64,000 bases of DNA, from assembly GCF_009914755.1 (NCBI RefSeq), contig NC_060935.1, one strand, 5' to 3'. Below, piece by piece: positions 1-13,270 of the stretch; position 1 is the stretch's first letter, and each line of letters opens with the position of its first letter. The notes beneath the pieces are model-generated. The model was not told where the DNA came from, searched no databases, and was given only the letters and a program-made list of their open reading frames with translations. The translations under genes were made by a program, and so were the position numbers. Source of the DNA: the human T2T-CHM13v2.0 reference genome, Homo sapiens.

Positions 1-189
1 TTAAATATGATCTACTTCCCAAGTTACATAGGTGACAGTTTTACTAAATATTTGGTTACAATATAACATGAATCACAACCTTTGTAGCCTCTGATATTAG
101 TTGTCTTGCCAATGGCCATCTAACTGTGAAGTCAGTGCCACATATTTGGTTGCTTTTTACACAGACTCCCAACTTTCGGTATGGAAGCC

Positions 190-620
190 TGTATTAATCA
201 GAGTAGACTAATTATGTTTTGATAGCAAATGATTCAACGTTTCAGTGCCTTAATACAACAAAATTTGATTTCTTGATGGCATTTTATGTCCTACTCTTGT
301 TGTGGGGGTGGGGGGTGTGGAGTGAAGGTCCTGTTTTGCATAGTCACTCAGGGACTCAGGCTGTCAAAGGTCCTGCCATTCTGTATCTATACTATCTGAA
401 ATGACCACTCCCTAGTTGCTTCAGCAGGGGATAGAGACCGAAGAAGCATGCATGGGCTTTTTATTGCCTCATATCAAACTTGATATACATTACTTATGGT
501 CACATTTCAATGGCCAGAATTAGCTATGTGGTCCCAGCCAACTGCAAAGGAGCAGAACGTGCAGCTTCTATGTGCCAAAAAGGAGAGAACAAAATATTGG
601 CAAACGGTTGTACTACTTCT
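190..620 (-). mobile_element. MaLR LTR, MLT1K/J-like (old)
   Basis: Starts tgtattaatcagagtagact...ttcagtgccttaatacaacaaaatttgatttct, resembling the reverse-complemented MLT1K end; boundaries approximate. Confidence 0.6.
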
Positions 621-699
621 ACAATACACCATTCGTTGGTTGATTCCAGTGGTGAGTCTCATTCCACCATGTTATTATTTATGAGATGTATTTTACACT

Positions 700-2440
700 A
701 ATTCAACAGACATTTATTGAGTTCCTAATGTGTCCTAGTATTCCTTTAGACACTGAATATATCTATACACAGATATATTAGTTCAGTGATATATCAGTAA
801 ACAAAAGTGACAAAACCTACCTACCCTCATTTTTAATGGGCTGGACAGACAAATTTTTAGCTGCTAAGTGCCATTAGGGAAAATTAAAGCAGAAAAGGAG
901 GTTAGGGCTTTCTGGTGGAGGGATGAGATTTAAAAGCTTAAATATTTCAGTTGGGAAAGCCTGCTACAACAGTCATTGTGGCAAGCTGAATAATGACCCC
1001 CCAAAATGTCCATATCCTAATCCCTGGAACCTGCAAATATGTGACCTTACTTGGCAAAAGGGACTTTGAATCAGTGACCAAATCTTGGTCACTTGATCAT
1101 GAGGTGGGGAGATCATCCTAAATTATCCAGGCAGGCCCTATGTAATCATGAGGGTCTTTACAAAATGGCAGGGGGGTTAGAGTCAGAGAAGGCAACGTGA
1201 TGATGAAAGCGGAGAAAGAAAGAGATTTGAAGATGCCATGATGATGGCTTTGAAGATGGAGAATGGGGCCTGGAGCCAAGAAATATGGGCAGCCTCTAGA
1301 ATATGGAAAAGACAAGGCAATAGCCCTGCTGACATTTTGACCTCTAGACTTCTGGCCTACAGAACTGTGAGATAATAAATTTGTGCTGTTTTAAGATGCT
1401 ACGTTTGTGTTAATTTGTTACAAGAACAATAACATTTGAAGGAAGCACTGAGGGAAGTAAGGAAAAGAACCATGTGGATATTTCAGGGAAGAACTTCCTG
1501 GGCAGATAGAACAAATATGAAGCCCCTGAGACAGGAGTGTGTTTGTCACATACAAGGAACAGAAAGGAAGCCAGTATGGCTGAAGCCAAATGAAGGAGGA
1601 AGAGGCTTCCGGGAGATGAGTTAGAGGCAGTGCACTGTCAGTTCATGCAGCGGTCTGCAGGTCACTACAATGATTTGGTTTTCATTTTGAGTTAGATGGA
1701 AGCCATTGGAGGATTTTAAATTGAAAAGCCACCTAAATTGCCTTATATTTAAAAGTAATCACTACTTAGTGATTCCTTTATCACTATCAACAACAGAGAG
1801 TAGGAGAGCAAGGGTGGAATCAGGGAGATCATTGAGCAAATATAAATAGTCCATGTGAGAAATGATGATAGCATGGTCCAGGGTGATAAAAGAGGAGGTG
1901 CTAAAGGGCAGTCAGGTTCAGGATCTATTCTGAAAATAGATCCTAGGAGACTCACTGATTGGGCATGAGATGTGAATCAAGAATGACTGAGGTTTGGGGC
2001 TAGAACAACTAGAGGGACAGAGCTGCCATTGACCAAGACAGGAACGACTGTGGGAGTCTGGCAGTTTCAGAGTTTTAGATATATTAAATTTAAGATGCCT
2101 TTTAGATACCCAAGTAGAGATGTCTAGTAACCAATTGGATATACTAGTATGGTGTACAAGAAAGAGGCAAGCTTGGAGGTACACATTTACGAGTATCCAG
2201 GATATTTAAAGCCATGATACTGGATAAGAAGACCAAGGAAGACAAAAGAGGTAAGAGAAGAGGTCATAAGACTGAGCCTTGAACACACTAAGATTTGGAG
2301 ATCGGGGAGATGTGGAATAATTAGCAAAGGAAACTGAGAATTTGCAATGGTGACCAAGAAAGAAAACAAGAGTATGTTGCATAAAAGCCAAATGGATACG
2401 TGTTTTAAGGAGGAAGGAGTGTCAAATGCTAGTGAAAGGT
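700..2440 (-). mobile_element. LINE-2 (L2a-like) 3' fragment, interrupted by MLT1D
   Basis: ttcaacagacatttattgag (reverse complement of L2 3' end) followed by typical purine-rich L2 body (gagatgtctagt, gccatgatactggataag). Confidence 0.75.
977..1433 (+). mobile_element. MLT1D MaLR solo LTR
   Basis: tgtggcaagctgaataatgacccccc...cctaatccctggaacctg...ataataaatttgtgctgttttaag matches MLT1D consensus. Confidence 0.8.
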
Positions 2441-2446
2441 GAAGTG

Positions 2447-2724
2447 GGCTGGGTGAAGTGGCTAGCACCTGTAGTCCCTGCACTTTCAGAGGCCCTTGGG
2501 TCTATGAGTTTGAGACCAGCCTAGGCAACATGGTGAAACTCCATCTCTACAAAAAATGCAAAAAGTTAGCTGGGTGTGCTGGCATGCACCTGTAGACCCA
2601 GCTACTCGGAAGGCTGACCAGGGAGGATCCCTTGAGCCCAGGAAGTATAGGCTGCAGTGAGTCGTGATTGCTCTACTGCACGTCAGCCTGGGCGACAGAG
2701 CAAGACCCTGTCTTAGAAAAAAAA
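2447..2724 (+). mobile_element. AluJ with a small left-arm deletion
   Basis: Dimeric Alu with J-type features (gaggatcccttgagcccagga, gcaagaccctgtct), short A tail, TSD tgaagtg. Confidence 0.9.
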
Positions 2725-3304
2725 TGAAGTGATATTCAAAATATTTAACAATCAGCATAGTAAAATATTAATGTGAAAGTGTATATATAACAGCCTGAAA
2801 GAAATTCTCTTTTATCCTTTAAAAAAGTTATGCTGAATATGTTATAATTCTGTCATGTGACATAGTTGTAGTGTAAATTATTCATCAAATCATTGTAACA
2901 AATTCCAAATCATTTATTAATTTTTAGAAATTGTCTATTTGAGGAGGCTCTCACTAGATAAATGATGCTGCTGTCTGAGCCATGCGTAAAGAGAACAAAC
3001 TCAAACACAGAAAAAGTTCCCTATGAATAGTCATTGGTGACATAGTGTGCCAAATTAAATCGTATTGATCATGGTGCCAAATTCTTTCAGCTTCTATTGA
3101 AAAGCATTCACATTAAGAACATTCTATCCTCACCAAATCTTTTAGGCCAGATGTTACTGAGATTTTGCATATTAAAGTACCCTTATTGTCAACTAAATCA
3201 AGAAAATCATTTTGGAATATCATACTTAATTGGATGGAATATGATCTTTGGAGTCAAACAAGATGCAAAGTACTGTAGCAGTGAAGGGCATTTGTCCATG
3301 TGCC

Positions 3305-3440
3305 ACATTGGGTTTGAATGTTAATTCTGCCATTTAAGTTTTAAATCACTTCTTTGTGCCTCAGTTGTCGTATCTGTAGAAATGAAAATGATAATGATGA
3401 TTATGGTACTCAAACAAGTTAATATTTGCCGAATAGAGAA
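3305..3440 (+). mobile_element. MIR fragment
   Basis: tgggtttgaat...tgtgcctcagtt...atctgtagaaatg MIR core. Confidence 0.6.
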
Positions 3441-4289
3441 AATACTATAATGATTATTCTCATTTTTATTAATGAAATTATTGTTGCTAATTCTTGTGAT
3501 GGGCAAGTGTTTGGTGGGTTTGGGTGAGCCTGTGCAGTTAGATGGAGGTAAAATTCAACAGTGACCCACACTCTGGGCATCCCTGACCTCAAACTGCCCC
3601 CAAGGTCCCCATCCTTTTTTTCCTGACCACCTGTGTTCCCTGCCTCTCCCAGACCCTCTCAGAGGTAAAGTGTCATGGAGGCTATGGTACTGTGCAGCCA
3701 TGTGAAAGTGACACTATATGGGTACCAGAAGCACCAGGTCACAATTTTAGAGGCTAAATGAGCCCTAGACATCTGCTCGCTTGAATACCAGTGTCATCAG
3801 GGGCACTTTCTACAAATGTCTGAGCCTATTAGAGCCAGGATCTAAGGTTGGGTCATGAGAGCCATGGTGGACTGGCTGGCATTCCAGGAGCACAGTGGAC
3901 ACCAGAGAAGCTTTCCAGAAGGCTGTGTTAGAGAAGGTCCCACTCAGAGGTCCTCAGGGCTGTGTGTGGAGGGTGGGCAGGCCCTTGGGCTGGTGGTGGG
4001 TATGGCAATGCCAGGGAGTGAGAGCTCCAGGGGGTATAACTGGTACATATGCTGTTGACCAATGGGAATAGAAACTGGCCTTAGTGTCGGAGCAAGGACC
4101 TGGAGGCCTTCTGCAATGCCTGGATTAACTCTTTGATTTCTGGATCCTGGGGTAGTAAGAAATGGGTCCCAGGGAATAGCAGTGGTTGGTGGAGGCACTT
4201 AGAAGTTTGGAAATGTGTCTATTTGTCAATGATGTGGAAATATTTTAATATTAAACAACCAGCATGGCTACAACAGTGCATATGGCTTG

Positions 4290-4520
4290 ATATTTGCTCC
4301 ACTGTTAGTTTAAGTAAGTTGCGATCTATGAGATTTTTGCAATGTGGAGGTCATTGATGTTTCAGTGAGGTGATTAAGGTATGAGCCTGACTGAAGGGTT
4401 CAGGGGAAAATGCAAGGACAATTGGTAACTCTATCATAGTGTTTTGCTATGAAGAGGAGCAGAAAAATGGGGTTGGAGATTGGAGGATCAAAAGATTTTC
4501 CTAAAATAGAATTAACAGCA
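4290..4520 (-). mobile_element. L2 fragment (probable continuation of the 0.7-2.4 kb element)
   Basis: tggaggtcattga...gttttgctatgaagaggagcagaaaaatgggg L2 motifs. Confidence 0.5.
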
Positions 4521-4913
4521 TGTTAGTAAGCTCCTGTGGAGAGATGATGCCTTCATTTATTACCCATAGGCTGTGTGGGGGATGTACTAAGGCCACTCTT
4601 ATTATTTGCAAGTTTTCTTCCATTTCCACTATGAACTACTTCCTCTGTGAACTACCAGACATCCCTTCCACTGATATTTTTTCTTCTCTTGCTGTAGATG
4701 CTATCCTGATTCATTTCTGGATGTTTTTCTTTTTCTGCCTCTATTTTTAGCATAAAGTCTGCTTGATAAATCAATAAGCATCCATGTAGCCTGCATATCC
4801 TGGATGTGTGCTCTTCTCTCTGCCAGGAGACCAACACATTAGTATCTTAAACCATAGCTGGGAAAACCACATACCATTCTGTAGTACCAGTTTTGCAGAC
4901 AGCTTGCTTACTT

Positions 4914-5098
4914 TATCTATCCATGTATCTATTTATCCATCTTTCTACCTATCAACCCATCTATTAATCTGTCTATCCATCCATTTATCTATCTATCTGT
5001 CTGTCTATCTATCCATCTATCTATCCATCTATCTCTGTCTATCTCTTCACCCATCTCTCTCTCTCTCTCTCTCTCTCTTTCTCCTATCTTATCTATCT
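4914..5098. repeat. (TCTA/TCCA)n and (TC)n simple repeat
   Basis: Directly visible tetranucleotide then dinucleotide repeat. Confidence 0.95.
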
Positions 5099-7116
5099 TG
5101 TTCTAGAAAGAAATTAAACCACTCTGGCTGACTATGGATTAGATTTCTCTCCTCAAATCCCAACCTTAGTTGAAATGAAGAATACTACCTACCTGAACCT
5201 CAAGTTTCATACTTTTATGACAAGGTATCCTTCTCTAGAGTACTTCTCCATTCTCCACTCCCCACTCCCCTACTCCTTCAGGAATAAGTCAAAATGGTGG
5301 GGATGAAAAGAGTGATAAGTCTTAGTGTCCATCACATTCTGGATTCCAGTACATCAGAGACAGGTCCCTCTTGATACCTTACATCCACTGTATAACATTT
5401 CTTTCATTTTTTTTCCAATGATAGTTACCTCTTTCTTCCTGGGCCCATTAAGTGGTTTTCTCCTACTCTGTTATGCCTTTGAATTCACTTTATTATTCCA
5501 TGGAGAATGAGATACTGCTTCTTTTCCAAAGGCCACAGAAGGAGACGATAGAACAGAGAGGTTAAGAGCCAAAACTATTGTATAAGCCAGGCCTGGGCAC
5601 AGGTCCCAGCCTTGCCATTGATTAGCTCTATGATACATGTTCCCTGAAAAATAGGGAAAAAATTGAACACATTTTATTAAGGTTGTTGTGAGGATCAAAT
5701 GAAAAAAGGTAAAATTATTAGCTTTTTAAAAACTCCTTGTTTTCATTCTACAATACAATATTTCTACTTTATTATGAATATCATACTTAATTTTGACATC
5801 CTAAAGTGTGATTTCTTCCTATATTTCTAAATCCTTAAGCATAGGTATAATTCCCTCAATGGCCAATAATTTTTCTCCATAAAGAAAGCTTTCTTTATTA
5901 ATATAATTGATGTCACTATAAAGGTATAACATTCTGAAATGTTTATTTTGTAGTGTCCCTCTCAGAATTCAGTTTTATACAGGGAGATAACCCTATCTGC
6001 AAAAATGTACATTAAAAAAACCTATACCTTAAAGTAATAATAGGTAGATTACTTGTTTTGTTTCTAGTTTCCATATTCATAAAGTGAAGGGTTAGGTGCA
6101 GAGGATCTCTAAGATTCTTTTTAAACATATGCAGCCAACAATGTCAGTTTCAAATTTCCATAAGGAAGGAGATGTAATGGTTGATGACATGAGGCTGAGG
6201 TCTTGGTGGGTGTTCACCGCCTACGTTCCTCTTGTTTTCATGGCAGCATTGGATGGATTAACCAATATGTCACTGCAGGATTAGTAGACTTGGCAGACAT
6301 GATGTTTCTCTCTTCTGTCCACAATAGTCCTTGTTAATTTAGCACAGATCTCTTTCCAGCTGCACTTGATAAAGTCTCAGCGTTCTTCTCAACACTGTAT
6401 TGCAGCAAGCCATTACCAATCAATTGGTGTTGGCATGCAACTATAAATCAATTTTCTATTCTTGGAATAAAAATATTTGTTACAAAAAATGTATCCTCAT
6501 AACATACAGGAAGCACTCAGTAGAATTTAGTTTTCTTTTTTATTCCAAGACTATATCAACTAAAGTGAAAAACATCTCCCTCCAGAGCAGATTCTTCCCT
6601 TACTAATTATGTATTTGTCCATCCTTTCATACTTACCACTTTCTCCACCGAGAGAGGGCAAGACATTCGTTACCCTAGTCATGTGACATTTGGGTTTTGG
6701 TGAGAGGAGCAAAAATTCTGTTTTGGTGACATTTCTACTGGTAACAGAAGCTCTTTCTTCCTGTTTCTTACCTCTTTTTCTCTCAGTGTCCTCTCTTTCT
6801 GAAGTTTTCAGAACTTTTATACCGCTTTCTCTCCTCAGAATAAGGAATAATTAAAAATAAAAATGTACAGGATAAAATATTGTTACCCCCATTAGTGAGA
6901 GATTTGGAAAGGCCAGCCTTGATCTATAGCAATAACTTCCTATGATAAGATTTCAGTGAGTGAAACCAAAGGAGAAATATGCAGAAAAGAGCTGCTTTTC
7001 TGTTGCATCTCCAGTTGTATTGTTTGGTCTTCATGGGGAAGAGTGGCAAATGGGATACTCATTTTATCTTGAAAAATAGTTGGGGTTCTTAGACTAGAAC
7101 TCTATGGAAGGTGTCA

Positions 7117-7540
7117 GAGATGAGATAAAACAAATATTCACATTCAGGAGCAGTGGCATTTAATAAAGTGATTAAGCAGTGACATTAAATGAGTTCTCAG
7201 GCCATTTTTAAGTGATTAATGTGGGTGGTTGGAGGCCAGGATTCATTGGGGAGGAAATATAGGGCTGTTTTTATTTATTAAAAATAGCAAGTAATGGTGA
7301 TAAAAATTTCATGGGAAGTTTTGTTTGATTGCCTTTGGCATTAACTGGAATTGACTATTTTAATAGCCTTTTCCTCCCAGCCTCCACAGGTGTAGAAAGA
7401 GTGAATTCTATGGAGAAATGGAAATATTTGTGAGCAGATTCTGGGTTGGTGCTGGAGTTGTTCACAGACACTATGACTTCTTCTCCGTCCACTAACCTGT
7501 CCCATTTCCTAGGTGAATTTCACTGACCCAGGAGTATTGT
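7117..7540 (+). repeat. Left arm of an old inverted duplication (unique-looking DNA)
   Basis: 7137-7242 is the reverse complement of 10182-10287 at 95/106 ungapped identity; weaker homology continues to about 7540. Confidence 0.9.
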
Positions 7541-8059
7541 TTCCTCACGCTAGAAGAGTATTGCCTCTAGATAGCATGGAAAGGAGGGACAATGGAGTGG
7601 AATGACCCTTTTGGAAAGCAATATTGTATTATCTGGCCTAGCTTCCTACCTAAAGAAGGATTTGCAACTCAGCTTCTCTTCAAATGTTCATTCGCTTCTC
7701 CTTTAACATTGGGACTGGGAAATTGGAATATTTACATTTTTCTCGAGCAAAAAGCAGGATACATTCTTTGACAAATATGAGTGAACTCATTGAGATATGT
7801 TGATAGACTAGTTTGATCACAGGAGGAGACTGGGATATATGGCGATTTTTCACAAAGAGCAGAGAGCATTTGTCACACCTAAGTTCTAGTCCTAATTCTG
7901 TCACTGATGAATGGTCAAGAGCTTGGGCTTTGGAGATCTGGGCTAGAATCAGAGGAGAATCAGAGGAGAAAACTTAATTCAGCACCCTTCACTTGCATAG
8001 ATTCCTTCTAAGGCTCTGAGAGGGACCCTAGCAGTGTGTGTACATAATCATATAGTTTA

Positions 8060-8240
8060 GTAAAATATATATTTATGTAATATATTTTCATATTTGTATT
8101 TATTTACATATTTATATTTTATATATAATTTATATTTTCTATATATATTTTCTATATACATAAATATATAACACATTTAATATTTTTAAAATATAAACGT
8201 ATATAAATTTATATATTTTTACTATATGTGTACATATAAA
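8060..8240. repeat. AT-rich low-complexity (TA)n tract
   Basis: Directly visible. Confidence 0.9.
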
Positions 8241-8316
8241 AACGGCAATTAGTAAGACTGAAGGCTCTTTCTACCCCCAATTTTACCCCAATTTCTGTTT
8301 TAATCATCCAAAGAAA

Positions 8317-8452
8317 CACATGTGCATGTGCTCACATCCTACACTCACACCCACACTCCACAGCACACACACACGTGCACAAACACACACGCACATGCGT
8401 ACACACGCGCACACACACACACTCTCTCTCTGTCTCTTTCTCTCTCTCTCTC
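8317..8452. repeat. (CA)n / (CT)n compound microsatellite
   Basis: Directly visible; alternating purine-pyrimidine run with interspersed CG steps. Confidence 0.95.
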
Positions 8453-8559
8453 CTTTTTAATTGTCAGCTAGGATTCCAGCTGATTGCTCAATTTCACCCA
8501 CACAGAAGTCTTGGGCTGTTGCCACTCCAGCCAGTTAACCCACGGAGGTCCTCGGAGCC

Positions 8560-8840
8560 TCCTTTAGGGCTCAGGAGCACAGACTTCAGACCCAGGCCAT
8601 CTAGGTTTGAAATCTGTCTCTACCACCTTCTACTGTGAGCCTGTGGGGAAGCTGTTTCATGTCTCTGTACCTCAGTCTCTTATCTGTAAAATGGGGATAA
8701 TAATAATATTCACCTCTGGGGTGTTGTGAAGATGAAATGAATTGACACATAAAAGACACATAAAATAAACCATGGTAAGATTTATTACATCCTTTTAACT
8801 AACACCTTGTAAATGCTCATTGAGTGTTAGCTATTATTAT
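8560..8840 (+). mobile_element. MIR, near full length
   Basis: cctcagtctcttatctgtaaaatggggataataata...tgttagctattatt. Confidence 0.85.
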
Positions 8841-8859
8841 TCTCCTTATTGCGTCAGTT

Positions 8860-9174
8860 TCTGCTGGAGTGTCAGAGATTGTATGCATCTTAAACTTTCT
8901 CCCAGTTATGTAGTATTTGTTTAATTAAACTATACGCTATAAAATGAGGAAAATTAGAATACCGAATAAGTTTTTCATAGAGTAAACTGTATTACATTTT
9001 AAAATCCTTTAGTCCTTTAGAGATTATGTTCTAATTTTTATATTTTATGTAATTTTGTCAGTGGTAGATAGTAATTTATCTTTAATTGCTTTATTTGTCA
9101 ATGTACAAAAAAGATCTTGCCTTAAGAAAATTGTTTTTATTAGTTCATGAAATCCAAAATCCTAGGAATCACTG
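8860..9174. mobile_element. hAT-Charlie-type DNA transposon fragment
   Basis: Ends gaaatccaaaatcctaggaatcactg, similar to Charlie terminal inverted repeat (ctgggaaccactg). Confidence 0.45.
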
Positions 9175-9399
9175 GTCCAGAAGATTTTAATTCTCCTTTC
9201 AATTCTCAAGTTCTGTGGACAAAAGTATTTTTCTAAGGGTCACTGCTTCAACAAGGTACTTGGGGTCTGGGGTCTATGCTTAACAAAACCTTGCATGCAT
9301 CTTCTTTTAACACCCTTGATTTTTTTTTTCATGGCGCTTCTAAATGCAGATGGAGAAAGACAACTCAGGCCTTTTTTCTCTGCACTCATTAGCATTGGG

Positions 9400-9760
9400 T
9401 GCTATGGTCTGAAGGTTTGTGTCTCCCTGCACATTCACATATTGAAACCTAATCGTCAATGTGATGGTGTTAGGAGGTGGCACTGTTGGGAGGTGATTTG
9501 GTCATGAGGGCAGAGCCCTCATAAATGGGATTAGTGCCCTTATCAAAGAGACCTTAGAGACCTTGCTGGCCTCTTTCACCACCAGAGGACACAGCAAAAG
9601 GGAACCATTGTCTATGAGGAACAGGCCTTCACCAGGTAAGAATATGTCGGTGCCCCAATCCTAGACTTCCCAGCTTCCAGAACCAGGAGAAATAAATTTC
9701 TGTTGTTTGTAAGCCATCTAGCCTATGATATTTTGTTATAGCCACCTGAATGGATTAAAA
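9400..9760 (+). mobile_element. MLT1A0 MaLR solo LTR
   Basis: tgctatggtctgaa...tcatgagggcagagccctcataaatgggattagtgcccttat...agaaataaatttctgttgttt. Confidence 0.85.
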
Positions 9761-9869
9761 CTTAGGGTTACAGGTAAAACAACAACAACAGCAAAAACTT
9801 ATATATGAAGCTGCAGGGATTTTCCGCACTGCTCTGCCCACTGGTGTTAAGAGGGCAAATAAAGGAATT

Positions 9870-10306
9870 CAGAAGCTCCTTAAGTATTTATCCAAGACAA
9901 AGGGAGAGTCTGTGGACAGGGAAGAATCCAAAGTGCCTGTGAACAGCAAGGTGTTCAGTTCCAACAAAGGATTCTTGGCACCAGCACCTTCCTCCTGTCC
10001 CTCATATGTGAAAAGAGACTTTTCCCACTCCTTCTCCAAATGTAAAAAGAGAGCTGTTTAATAATCAAGACCATTTTAAGGCCAAGGACAATCAATTAAT
10101 AACAACTCTTCCCTGAAATTTCAACCCCCCAAACACACATTTTAATCAAAAGAACAGCTTTCCACATCCCTCCTCTAATAGATCCTGGCCTCCATCCACC
10201 CACATTAATCACTCCAAGATGGCCTGAGAACTTATTTATTGTCACTGCCTAATCACTTTATTAAATGTCATTGCTTCTGATTGTGAAGATGTGTTTTGTT
10301 TCTCAT
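9870..10306 (-). repeat. Right arm of the old inverted duplication
   Basis: Reverse complement of 7117-7540 (core 10182-10287; second block around 9912-9945). Confidence 0.9.
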
Positions 10307-10879
10307 CCCCACCCATCTGTCTGAGGGGTCTGATTTGAAGGACACCTATTTTCTTGTCAAGTGCAGTTAGGGACTCCTACGGTGCATTGTCTTTGCATCC
10401 ACACTAAGATCCCAGATACTTTGAAACGGAATGCATTTCTGCAAATGTGCTTTATTATCACAGAAGTCCTCAGAAAGGAGGCAAACTCAGCTCCTGACAC
10501 CTACTGCCTTTCCTGCCTTTCTAGGTAGAGGTTGAAAATATGAAAACTAAGCTATTTGCAAACCAACATTTTGGGAAAGCAGGCAATTTTGTGGCCTTTA
10601 TTAGGAGAGCAGTACGTTCAGCTATGAACTGAAAGAGAAAGCAATCCGTTATTTTCATAACTACCAGAACAAGAACCTACGATGGTGTTTTATTATTTGT
10701 CCACTGAGCCTGACATCCAGGGCACCCCACGATTCAGTCTGATGCAGACTTCCCAGCATCACACCCATGACTTCACTAGGGAAGCCTGTGTAAGTTAGAG
10801 GCAGGCCCTGGTTGTGATTTTCCAGCATGCTAAATGTCTTCATCCTTGCCCTTTTCCTTGTCCCTAGCCAAGCCTCTTT

Positions 10880-11188
<309 letters not shown>

Positions 11189-11214
11189 GCCAAGCCTCTT
11201 TATGCTAAACTATT

Positions 11215-11530
11215 CACTTATTTAACTGAAAACTGATTTATTAAGTTTTTACATGTGCTGAGCTTTGGGGAATGGTAATGCATAAGATAAGGCCCGTGCC
11301 TTCAAGGTACTTAAGATCTCATGTGTGAAGACTAACGTGTAAACTCAGAAGTAAATGGACATTCCAGAGGGGGAAATACCTGCTCAGAGGGCATGGTAGC
11401 ATAAAGGATGGAGTAGCCAGGTCTGTTTGGGGGCTCTGGAGGGAAAGGGCTTATAGAAGAGGTGACTCTTGAGGAAGATGAGCAGGTGCTTTCCAGGTGG
11501 ATGGGGAGGAGGTTGCATGAGATGGGCCTG
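11215..11530 (-). mobile_element. L2 fragment
   Basis: atttattaag...atgtgctgag...gccttcaagg L2 3' end motifs. Confidence 0.5.
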
Positions 11531-13009
11531 GGTTGGGAAGTGGCATGGGGTACCTATGCATGCTTGTCCCGGAGCTTGTCAGTGTAATGTGTGATGTGAG
11601 TGTGTATGTGTGTGTGGGAGTGTGCATGCGCAGGTTAGAACATGTTGTGTCTTTCACAGCCTGATATTTAGGAACATCCGTGCACATATCTGAGACAGTC
11701 TGTGAGGCAATGAGGCTTATTTAACATTCACTGTGGGACAAATAAGAGAAAATTAAAAGAGCAATTTTAGTAGGGAATAATTGTTTTCCATACACCATAA
11801 TTACAACTGCTTGTAAATGCTGCTATCATAAACGAATCTGCTGTTTAGAGTTCTCCTAAATTCTCTTGGTAATGAACAGACGCTGAAGGAAAGGGACTTC
11901 AGCACTCCAGATGGGGAAGTTGGGCTTGCACTGACCCCTGGCGTCTGCCTTCCGCAGAGGCTTCTCCCTGCTGGCACATGACTAGAGAGCAGGCTGGGAA
12001 GATTCCCTGGACACCTTTGAAACAGAAGCCAGTCTTTAAATCTCAGCCTTCTCAGGCCTTCTGAGGTCATTTCCCAATATTTGTTTTCTATGATATTTCT
12101 CCTCTGCCTCAACAAATGGCACATTCAGAAGCTGCCAGTCAGAAACCCCACTATCATTTGAGGTGCTTCCTTCCCTTCCCCTCCATTCTCACACCCCCAA
12201 GCCAGTGTCCATCAGTCACTGAGGCCTATTCATCATGACTTCAACATCTACTGCTTGAAATTAGGACAACGTCATGGCTCTGGGATGCCACACCAGCCTC
12301 CTGACTGGTTTTCCTGCTTCAAATTTGTTGTCACTGGGGACATTCTACTTTTAGTTCACTACATTTATTCCTCAACTAGCCTTTGATATGCTGGGATTGC
12401 TGTTAATTGCTTCTATTAAGTAGCTTCATAAACTTGTCTGTGTCATATGGGCAATCTTCTATAAAATAAAAGTATGGGGCAAGAATAGTGCTTTTCTATC
12501 TTTTTACTAGAAAGACTTCTACTATTTGTTCCCTCAGCACCCTGTCCTTTCCCCTTGTTTTGAAAAAATCCCTCTTCTAACAAACTCACTGATTAAAGTA
12601 AAATTAATTTTTTGTTCTTTTTTTCATAGAAGATACATTTAACTGCTAATTGGAGTATTTGGTTAGAGGATAACTGCTGTTATCATAAGGAGTTAATATA
12701 ATTCTAGCCAAAAGCAAAACAAAACACCCTGATGTTTTATCTAGCCTGTGCAGCCTTATCATCAATAAATCTACACTTCCATTAGCTATTTTGAAATACT
12801 GAGAATAGCACATGACCTCACATTATAACTTTCAGATCCCCATGATATAAAGGGATCAACTGAAATAAATGATCACAAAAGTCACATCTGGCTCTGAGAT
12901 TCTAGGTGTCTCAAGCATTCATATCTTAAATTCCCCTTAGCATTTCTAGAGTGAACCTAGCCCATTCCTCTTTAATTGCACCTGGTCCATAAATAAATAT
13001 TCCATCACC

Positions 13010-13270
13010 AGTGCCAGCTCTAATTAATTAAAGTTGGGAGGAGTTGACCATGCTACTTGCAAATTGAGCATGTATGTGTAGAGAACTTAGAACAAATTAA
13101 TTTCACATTGATTTAATGATTGATTATTTAATGCATGGTAATTAAACATTTTTGGTAGGGTATGAAGAGTCTAATTAGCATTACTTTTTACATTGCCAAA
13201 TCATATTTCTAATTTTTCTTTATCAGTCCATTAACATCTGAAAAGTGTCATTTTTTCGTTTGATGCTATG
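13010..13270. promoter_or_regulatory. Candidate conserved enhancer (homeodomain/PBX motif cluster)
   Basis: Non-repeat AT-rich block with TAATTAATTA, TGATTGAT (13117-13124), several TAAT/ATTA cores. Confidence 0.4.

Noticed and set aside
4808-5131. Hydrophobic 107-aa ORF
   Set aside because: Translation of a (TCTA)n microsatellite
7945-7970. Small tandem duplications (agaatcagagg x2; also near 8745 and 63510)
   Set aside because: Ordinary replication-slippage events
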